The notes beneath the pieces were generated by a model. That model was not told the origin of the DNA. It saw nothing but the letters and a program-made list of their open reading frames with translations, and did not search any database. The translations under genes and the position numbers were made by a program. Of a DNA stretch of 23,697 nucleotides, positions 17,606 through 23,697 are shown in pieces (position 1 is the first letter of the stretch; the number at the start of each line of letters is the position of its first letter). The stretch lies in contig DATMBG010000052.1 in the NCBI GenBank assembly GCA_035559535.1, forward strand, positions 62,001 to 85,697, written 5' to 3'. This DNA comes from Candidatus Limnocylindrales bacterium. GTDB taxonomy: Bacteria > Moduliflexota > Moduliflexia > Moduliflexales > JAUQPW01.

Positions 17606-17822
17606 ATCCGGTTCTCCATCAAGGCTTGAATTCTCACCCCTCTTATAGAGGGGTAGAAATGTACCTGAATCCCGGTTTGTGGACTCCGGGTTCTCTTCCG
17701 GGGATCCGGGTGTTTCTCATCCTCCCTTTCTGAGATCTCCTGGTTCTGTAAGCACTGCATGGAGGGCAAAAGCCCGGAGAGAGGACTCTCCTTCCTCCCT
17801 TGCCCGGGAAAGAAAAGATCCC

Positions 17823-17838
17823 TGGTACCAGAATTGCA
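17823..17838 (+). promoter_or_regulatory. sigma54 (-24/-12) promoter facing the 17948 gene (and possibly the BON gene)
   Basis: TGGTACCAGAATTGCA (GG-N10-GC, canonical TTGCA -12 box). Confidence 0.65.
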
Positions 17839-17947
17839 AGTTTACTTTTTTAGAGCTATTTAAGCTAAACAAAACTAAAAATAAGAATATATTGGAAAAG
17901 TTTACAAACCTTGTTTGAATTAACTATAAAGAGTGGAGGTATTTTCT

Positions 17948-18355
17948 ATGCCGGTAGGTGCATGGAGTCCAGAACGAGAGCAAGAATACGAAAAGCTCAA
18001 GGAGGAGTTTAAAAAGGAAGGAAGATATAAGGGAAGAGAAGAAGAAGTAGCTGCACGCATTGTAAATAAACAGCGCCGGGAATTCAAAGAGACTAAAGAG
18101 GCCAGCGAAGAAGATAAAAATGACCAATTAGATCAGGAACTGCCCATTGAAAATTACGATCGGTTGACCGTTCAGGAGTTAACCAGGAAGTTGGGATCTC
18201 TTTCAGAAAAAGAGCTTCAAGAAATTGAAGAGTATGAAAAGAAGCACAAAAACCGAAAAACCGCTTTAGAAGCCATGGAAAGACAAAGGAAGAAACTCCA
18301 GGACGGGAAAGAAAAAGCAAAGACGAAAGAGACCAGGGGTTATTGGGATCTCTAG
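17948..18355 (+). CDS. Small highly charged two-module stress-associated protein
   Basis: GGAGG at 17935-17939 precedes ATG 17948. N-module WSPEREQEYEKLK...G..EEVAARIVNKQR; C-module LPIENYDRLTVQEL...L..IEEYEKKHKNRKT. Confidence 0.75.
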   Translation: MPVGAWSPEREQEYEKLKEEFKKEGRYKGREEEVAARIVNKQRREFKETKEASEEDKNDQLDQELPIENYDRLTVQELTRKLGSLSEKELQEIEEYEKKHKNRKTALEAMERQRKKLQDGKEKAKTKETRGYWDL

Positions 18356-18468
18356 GGTGATCCAGGGGCTATTATCCTTGATTTCTCCTACACGGTAAAG
18401 GATAAAAGGCTCATAATCCTCATAATCCTATGGAAAAAGGGAAAATTCAGATTCATCGGGAGGAAGTT

Positions 18469-19053
18469 ATGAAATTACTTCTGGTTTTAGGGAAAGGATT
18501 CCTATCTGTATTTTTGGTTTTTATGCTGATTTCTTACCTGGTGGGGGGCAGTGGGGCCGAAGCCCGGGAACCGGCTAAGGATCCCGATCCTGCTCAAACG
18601 AAAACCCGCCCCGACTGGTGGTTGACTTTTAAAACTAAAATGGCCCTTCTGGCCAGTCCGGAGGTGAGCGCTTTTGATATTGATGTAGATACCAAAGATG
18701 GGGTCATTTACTTAAAAGGGACGGTTTCTTCAGAAAATGAAAAACAGCGTGCCGAACAAGTAGCCCAGGGAATAGAAGGAAAACGGGGGGTAGTAAATAA
18801 TCTAGTCGTTTCCGATAAGGCAAGACCGGAATATCTTTCCGACAAAGATGAAAATATTCGGGCTGCCGTCGAAAAAAATCTGGCCAGTGATCCGAACTTT
18901 AAGAATGTCCAGGTAGACGTCAAGGATGGAATTGTGACCTTAACCGGATCGGTGGAAACCTATTCTTTAAGTGCAGAAGCTGCCAGACTGGCCCGAGTTA
19001 AAGGTGTAAAAGCCATTCAAAATGAGTTGATCGTAGAGAAGGAACCTTCCTGA
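18469..19053 (+). CDS. Dual BON-domain (OsmY-like) periplasmic protein
   Basis: Signal peptide, BON1 (DWWLTFKTKMALL...IDVDTKDGVIYLKGTV...VVNNL) and BON2 (DENIRAAVE...VDVKDGIVTLTGSV...GVKAIQNEL). GGAGG at about 18459-18463 favours ATG 18469. Confidence 0.9.
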   Translation: MKLLLVLGKGFLSVFLVFMLISYLVGGSGAEAREPAKDPDPAQTKTRPDWWLTFKTKMALLASPEVSAFDIDVDTKDGVIYLKGTVSSENEKQRAEQVAQGIEGKRGVVNNLVVSDKARPEYLSDKDENIRAAVEKNLASDPNFKNVQVDVKDGIVTLTGSVETYSLSAEAARLARVKGVKAIQNELIVEKEPS

Positions 19054-19101
19054 TAGAACGGAGTGGAGTTTTGCCCGAACGGGCCAAACTTTGTATAGAT
19101 A

Positions 19102-19206
19102 CCGAACGGTAGGGAAAAAGGTGGATATATTATAGACCCTGGATAAAAAATCAACACAGATCCCTCCTCATCCAGTCCGCATATTCCATACTTCCTTACC
19201 GTTCGG
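19102..19206. repeat. Long imperfect inverted repeat between convergent genes; probable terminator or MITE-like relic
   Basis: CCGAACGGTA...TACCGTTCGG ends, internal TGGA/TCCA and CTGGAT/ATCCAG pairs, and a T-tract right after 19206. A smaller hairpin lies at 19067-19090. Confidence 0.55.
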
Positions 19207-19245
19207 CTTTTTTATTTTTTCCGTTTCCCAGGGATACCTTCTGAT

Positions 19246-19692
19246 TTATGTGGACCCGGATTCTGGATCCTCCCCTACTAAGGAGCTGATAATCTGATTG
19301 GTTCGAGTTAAGGTCAGATGGACTGGGCATTTATTGGCAATTTGTAAGAGCCGTTCTTGTTGCTCCCTGGTCAGGTTGCCCTTTACCCTTATGTTTCGTT
19401 CAATCCTGTCAATTTTTCCCTCCTTATTTTCACACTCTGCACAGTCTTTGGCATGGATTTTCTGATGACTGAGGATCACTTCGACCTGCTCTAGAGGCCA
19501 TCCTTTACGCCGCGCATACAGCAGCAAAGTCATCGATGTTCAGGCACCCAGCGCAGATAAGATGAGTTCATAGGGGTCGGGTCCTTTTCCATCTCCCCCA
19601 GCTTCTTGGGGTTCATCGGCTATAAACCGATAAGTCGAAGTAATGACCTCTTGCTGAAGGTTTTCTCTGGATCGTACCGTTACAGTTGCCAT
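19246..19692 (-). CDS. OsmC/Ohr-family (YhfA-like) peroxiredoxin with an in-frame UGA at the catalytic position; probable selenoprotein (148 aa, Sec51)
   Basis: ATG 19692 reads MATVTVRSRENLQQEVITSTYRFIADEPQEAGGDGKGPDPYELILSALGA, then TGA (19540-19542), then TSMTLLLYARRKGWPLE...DCAEC...IANKCPVH. The OsmC motifs ADEP..GG..GP.PYE and CPV are intact on both sides of the TGA. Confidence 0.85.
19499..19539 (-). promoter_or_regulatory. Candidate bacterial SECIS element directly 3' of the UGA
   Basis: The mRNA after UGA can fold as A-CAUC-gauga-CUUU-GCUGC-[UGUAUGC]-GCGGC-gu-AAAG-GAUG. The apical loop starts 19 nt after UGA and has G in its second position. Folded by eye only. Confidence 0.6.
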
Positions 19693-19768
19693 ATGAGCAA
19701 TCAGAAGCCAGAAGCAAGGGAAGCTTTTTTGGTTTCTTACTTCCGGCTTCGTATCTCCTGGTTCCAGA

Positions 19769-20545
19769 TTAAGCTATTTTAATGATTCCCTCTTCTACAG
19801 GTTGAAATCGGGTAACCACCTGAGGATCGTGCCCGGCAACAATGAGATCTTTAGAGCCGGCCAGCTCTTCTATTTTCTCAAAGGCCATGAGCATCTGGGG
19901 TAGATGGGTGATGATCTGGACCGGCTCTCTTCTTTCAATATTTCTATAAAAGTGTGAGGCGTCAGAAGCCAATACAACGTTTCCGCGGGCCGTCTGTACG
20001 GTCACAATCTGAGTACCTGCCGTATGCCCTCCCACCCAGTACACCCGGACCCCCGGGATCACCTGTCGGTCTCCTTCCACCATAAAAATTCGACCTCCAT
20101 AGTTTAGCCTGACCAGCTCCGCCAGTGTCGCCGGATTCGTAACCCTTTGATAGGGCTCATAGCGGGCCATAGGACCGGTAAAGAAGGCAACCTCTTCCCT
20201 TTGAACCCAGAAAGTGGCCCTGGGGAACAAAGAATATCCCCCCCAGTGGTCCCAGTGGAGATGGGTAACCAGGACCAGGGAAACCTCCAGCGCATCAACA
20301 CCGATCTTACCTAATAAGGATGTCGGATTGACATAGTTAGATATCTCTCGAACCTGGGCATCTTCATAACAAAAGCCGGTATCTACCAGGATGGGAAAAG
20401 GTCCACCTAAAATACACCATATATAAAAATAGAGAGTTACTTTCTCATGGGAAGGATTTCGATAAAAGAATTGACAGGCATCCAGTTGTTTTTCTGCATA
20501 CTTTAAAGCGTAGATTTCATACCTCTCAGGCTGATTGAGGGACAT
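19769..20545 (-). CDS. Metallo-beta-lactamase-fold hydrolase, N-acyl homoserine lactonase family
   Basis: LVDTGF, THLHWDHWGG (HxHxDH), GGHTAG, LASDASH and AGHDP. Confidence 0.88.
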   Translation of the reverse strand: MSLNQPERYEIYALKYAEKQLDACQFFYRNPSHEKVTLYFYIWCILGGPFPILVDTGFCYEDAQVREISNYVNPTSLLGKIGVDALEVSLVLVTHLHWDHWGGYSLFPRATFWVQREEVAFFTGPMARYEPYQRVTNPATLAELVRLNYGGRIFMVEGDRQVIPGVRVYWVGGHTAGTQIVTVQTARGNVVLASDASHFYRNIERREPVQIITHLPQMLMAFEKIEELAGSKDLIVAGHDPQVVTRFQPVEEGIIKIA

Positions 20546-20587
20546 GATCTCTCATAACCTGTTCACCGTGAAAAGGGTCCATAAAGG

Positions 20588-20642
20588 GTAGGAGCAACAC
20601 TACCGAATCCCCCCAGTGGGGCAACTTACAGGTTGCTCCTGC
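20588..20642. repeat. GTAG-type REP-like inverted element
   Basis: GTAGGAGCAAC (20588-20598) pairs with GTTGCTCCTGC (20632-20642). An inner GGGGCAAC-ttacag-GTTGCTCC hairpin is also present. Confidence 0.5.
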
Positions 20643-20764
20643 CGGTTATGTTCTATCCCAACACGGAAACGGTATAAACTGTAAAATATATAACGTAAGA
20701 AGAATCCGGGGCAGATCCTCTTTACGTTTTATGTTTTATCCGATCTAGGGTATCTTTTAATCCC

Positions 20765-21940
20765 TTACTTTTGGTGAATAAAATAGGCTTCCAAAGTCTC
20801 CGCGTATAAAACACTCCCCCATAGAAGGTCCTCGATTTTTACGAATTCATTGGGTACATGGGCTAATCTATCATCCCCAGGGTAGTGAACGACTGAAAGA
20901 ATCCCGGCGAAGAAGAGATCTTTAGCCACGGTGTTACCCCCCATGGTGGTGTATTCCATGGGGATACCCAGCTTTTTTGCGGCCTGGTCGAAGCTTTTCA
21001 TAATGAGGGATTGTTTATCGGAAAGGTGAGGTTGGGTTTCGTGGAGGACTTTGATCTGGAAGCTGGCATCGGGGGATTTTCTCTTCACTGCCGCTATCTT
21101 GTCTTCTACGGCCCTCAAGACCTGTTCTTTATTGATACCCAGAGGAAGCCTGAAATCGATGGTAATTCGGGCACTGGCCGGGACCGTATTGGTATTTGTC
21201 CCTCCGTGGAAAGTACCGATATTCATGGTCCATCCATCAAAGGCAGGGTCGTATTGATCCCCCAGGTCCAAAGTTTTAAGCTCTGCCACCAACTCTGCCA
21301 GGGGAACAATGGCGTTCTTCCCCAGTTGGGGCATGGAACCGTGAACCTGAACGCCCGTACTGATAACCTCCAACCAGAGAACACCTTTTTCCCCATAAAT
21401 GGAAACATTCATCTTCCCCCCATCGGGGATGATGGCTACATCAAAGTGCAATCCACATTCCTGGATCAGGTAAATAATTCCCAGTTTAGAACCCATTTCC
21501 TCGTCGGCAGCAGCAACCAGATACAGGGTTCCATCAAAGTCAGGATACTCTGCCAGGAAAGCTTTGCAGGCACTATAAGCACAGGCGAAAGAACCTTTAT
21601 CGTCGAGGGTCCCCCGACCAAAAATTTTTCCATCCCGAAGGGTGGGCGTAAAGGGATCTGTTTCCCATAAGCTCCTCTCACCGGGTGGAACTACATCCAT
21701 ATGGCTTACAAAACCCAGGGATCGCTTCCCCCGACCTATTTTTCCAACCACGTTGGTTCGTCCGGGCTCCTTCTCATAATAACTCACTTCCATCCCCAAA
21801 TGCTTCATCTTTTCCGTAACAATCTCTTTGCAGAGATATTCGTTACCGGGAGGATTTACAGTATTCTGCCTGACCAGATCAGAAACGATCTGGATAATTT
21901 CTGTTTCATCGATGTATTTTTCGTATTTGGATTTTTTCAT
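20765..21940 (-). CDS. M20 family metallohydrolase (ArgE/DapE-like)
   Basis: TVNPPGNE, SHMDVVP, GRGTLDDKG, ADEEMG, HGS.P.LG.NAI and AHVPNE. Confidence 0.9.
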   Translation of the reverse strand: MKKSKYEKYIDETEIIQIVSDLVRQNTVNPPGNEYLCKEIVTEKMKHLGMEVSYYEKEPGRTNVVGKIGRGKRSLGFVSHMDVVPPGERSLWETDPFTPTLRDGKIFGRGTLDDKGSFACAYSACKAFLAEYPDFDGTLYLVAAADEEMGSKLGIIYLIQECGLHFDVAIIPDGGKMNVSIYGEKGVLWLEVISTGVQVHGSMPQLGKNAIVPLAELVAELKTLDLGDQYDPAFDGWTMNIGTFHGGTNTNTVPASARITIDFRLPLGINKEQVLRAVEDKIAAVKRKSPDASFQIKVLHETQPHLSDKQSLIMKSFDQAAKKLGIPMEYTTMGGNTVAKDLFFAGILSVVHYPGDDRLAHVPNEFVKIEDLLWGSVLYAETLEAYFIHQK

Positions 21941-22013
21941 ACGTGTGGGCTTGAATGATAAAACTGTTTTATCGAAATAGTTAATCCGATCCTTTTCCTA
22001 TCTCTTTTATCAG

Positions 22014-22042
22014 ATGTTAGGTACTAATTCCCCCCCCGTCAA
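22014..22042 (-). promoter_or_regulatory. sigma70-type promoter for the M20 gene (possibly the M20-MBL-OsmC run)
   Basis: The minus strand reads TTGACG, 17-nt spacer, TAACAT. Confidence 0.6.
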
Positions 22043-22277
22043 GCAAGTTTTTAATCTCATAGAGAAAACTTGAGGGAGGAGAAGAGAAGTCTGGGTCAGC
22101 TTTCCCAAAATCAAAGGGATATTCCCCAAACCTTGACGATCGCAGGTCCGGAGACGTACTCTGATAATATTCGATCCTGCTTTTACGGAATTGAGCCTTA
22201 TCGTTCCCACTGGAGTTAACCTGAAGTAGACTCTCTTACTCCAGGAGGGAATTTACAGCCTGCTCCCCTATAAGTTC

Positions 22278-22339
22278 CTGGGAGTGTGGGCGTCTGGCCT
22301 GCATATTCCCCTTGCGATCCAGACGGTCAACACGCCCCA
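22278..22339. repeat. Degenerate REP-like inverted element
   Basis: CTGGGAGTGTGGGCGTCTGG...CCAGACGGTCAACACGCCCCA, with CGTCTGG/CCAGACG pairing. Confidence 0.4.
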
Positions 22340-22455
22340 TCGCAGATTGGGAAAGCATGATATTCCATAAAGATAAAGATTCAGAAATCAAGGGCCAGGA
22401 ATCTGAGATCGGAATTTAAAAACCAAGACCAGAATTTCTGGCTCCTGACTTCTCT

Positions 22456-23427
22456 ATGGAAAGGAAAAGAATGAAGAAAAGTTTGATTCCCCTTACGGTC
22501 AGGGTTATCTTGCTGTCATGGGTTATGAGCTTATGGATGCTGGGACATGAAGCCGCTTCCCACGTTGAGACTTCCTCTCCCCCTTCTCAACCTGCAGAAG
22601 ATAAAGAAAAAATCGAAGCTGTTGTAAAGGCTTACATCAAGGCCATTTACACCCGAAACTACTCAAAAGCCTACGAATTAACTTCAACCTCAGATCGCCA
22701 ATTTAAAACCTTGGAGGATTATCTTCGAGAGAACGGTTCTTTTACCGGTTTGACCCTGGAGTTGGCCGAAAAACTGGCCAGTTTTATCACATATAAAGAT
22801 ATCAAAACCGAAATCCAGGGAGATCGGGCCAAAGTTACCGTAAATATCAGTCTTCCCGATGGAAACGCCCCGGAAGTTGAAAGTATCCTTCTAGAAGAAG
22901 AGCGTCCCAAGGGAGCCTCTCGGGAGGAACTTTTAGAAAAACTGGAAACCCTTCAAAGAGCCGGAAAAATTCCTTTAGTGGAAGGGGAGCAACCTCTGGA
23001 GTTGATAAGGGAAAACGAGGTCTGGCGGGTCTTTCTCAACTGGGGCGGCGGGGTTCGTGTAAACTTTAAAGGGGTCGTCAAAAACAATCTTCCCTGGTCC
23101 TTTGAACCGGTACAAAAGTTAGTTCTGATACAACCGGGGGAAACGTTACGAAACGCTTATCGGGTGAAGAATCTCTCGGATAAACCTGTAACCGGGAAGG
23201 CCCTTCACGGGATTGAACCCAGGAGCCAGGAGTCTTATCTCCACATTATCCAGTGTTTCTGCTTTCTACAAGAAACCCTTCAACCCGGTGAGGAGAAGGA
23301 GCTTCCCCTGACCTTCCAGTTAAGCTGGGATACTCCCAAGGAGGTTAAGGAACTGGAGGTGACCTACGAGTTTTATCCTTTAGAATTTTTTGAAGAAAAA
23401 TGGGGAAAGACTCCAGAACTTAAGTAA
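22456..23427 (+). CDS. CtaG/Cox11-domain copper chaperone-like protein with an extra N-terminal NTF2-like domain
   Basis: The C-terminal VRVNF.G.V...LPWSFEP.Q..V.IQPGE...Y...N.SDKPVTGKA...IQCFCF.QETLQPGEEKELP..F is the Cox11 domain. N-terminal hydrophobic segment present. ATG 22471 is an alternative start. Confidence 0.8.
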   Translation: MERKRMKKSLIPLTVRVILLSWVMSLWMLGHEAASHVETSSPPSQPAEDKEKIEAVVKAYIKAIYTRNYSKAYELTSTSDRQFKTLEDYLRENGSFTGLTLELAEKLASFITYKDIKTEIQGDRAKVTVNISLPDGNAPEVESILLEEERPKGASREELLEKLETLQRAGKIPLVEGEQPLELIRENEVWRVFLNWGGGVRVNFKGVVKNNLPWSFEPVQKLVLIQPGETLRNAYRVKNLSDKPVTGKALHGIEPRSQESYLHIIQCFCFLQETLQPGEEKELPLTFQLSWDTPKEVKELEVTYEFYPLEFFEEKWGKTPELK

Positions 23428-23521
23428 TACCCTGTTACCTTAATTTTGACCTCATAGGGCTGCTTTCACTCCCCAGCTCCCCTCACCCCCATCCCCCCCC
23501 TAGCCCCCCAGTTCCCCCTCT

Positions 23522-23549
23522 GTAGGGGCGGGAGGCCTCCCGCCCCTAC
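23522..23549. repeat. Perfect 28-bp GTAG-type palindrome (REP-like)
   Basis: GTAGGGGCGGGAGG-CCTCCCGCCCCTAC. Confidence 0.7.
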
Positions 23550-23608
23550 TGGGGGACCTTATCTTTACCCACATTTTTCGATTTGGGAGGATGGGTTCAA
23601 AACGGTTA

Positions 23609-23632
23609 GTAGGTCAACCGTCCCGGTTGACC
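23609..23632 (+). repeat. GTAG-type REP-like hairpin
   Basis: GTAG followed by the stem GGTCAACCG-tcc-CGGTTGACC. Confidence 0.6.
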
Positions 23633-23675
23633 CACCTTGCAAAAAGAGGGAGCTTGCCCTCACGAAGGAGATTCA

Positions 23676-23697
23676 ATGCATTTCGCTACTCAACCAG
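23676..23697 (+). CDS. Probable start of a CDS running off the window (MHFATQP...)
   Basis: AAGGAG at 23665-23670 followed by ATG 23676. The frame is open to the window end but too short to classify. Confidence 0.4.

Noticed and set aside
19540-19542. UGA reassignment to Trp or Gly (alternative genetic code)
   Set aside because: UGA ends several genes at their expected lengths (tal, sigma factor, BON), Trp is encoded by TGG throughout, and the position aligns with Cys.
21011-21670. 219-aa plus-strand ORF antisense to the M20 hydrolase
   Set aside because: A shadow ORF of a well-supported gene, with no family motifs.

Overview
Bacterial chromosomal window (standard genetic code, moderately AT-rich) with about 23 CDSs. 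No rRNA, tRNA, CRISPR array or intact transposase is visible. The left part holds metabolic and envelope genes: a partial geranylgeranyl-reductase-type flavoprotein, a Uma2 nuclease-fold protein, transaldolase, a small acidic protein, a DUF4139-type protein, a DAG-kinase-family enzyme, an SDR, and an SLC13/TrkA-C permease. The centre (about 11.7-19.1 kb) is a general-stress-type cluster: ElaB/YqjD-like and DUF3618-like proteins, two helix-hairpin-helix proteins, an alternative sigma70 factor, a tandem USP, a small charged protein and a BON/OsmY-like protein. Four correctly oriented sigma54-type (-24/-12, GG-N10-GC) motifs lie upstream of transcription units in this cluster, one of them upstream of the sigma70 gene, which suggests a sigma54-to-sigma70 cascade. 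The strongest hidden signal is an OsmC-family peroxiredoxin gene (19246-19692, minus strand) that the ORF track truncates. It has an in-frame TGA exactly at the catalytic Cys position (ALGA-U-TSMT) followed by a SECIS-like hairpin, so it is a probable selenoprotein. The right end holds an AHL-lactonase-family MBL, an M20 hydrolase and an unusual N-terminally extended CtaG/Cox11-domain protein. Intergenic regions carry several families of short palindromic REP-like and heptamer repeats. All family calls come from motif recognition by eye; no database search was run.
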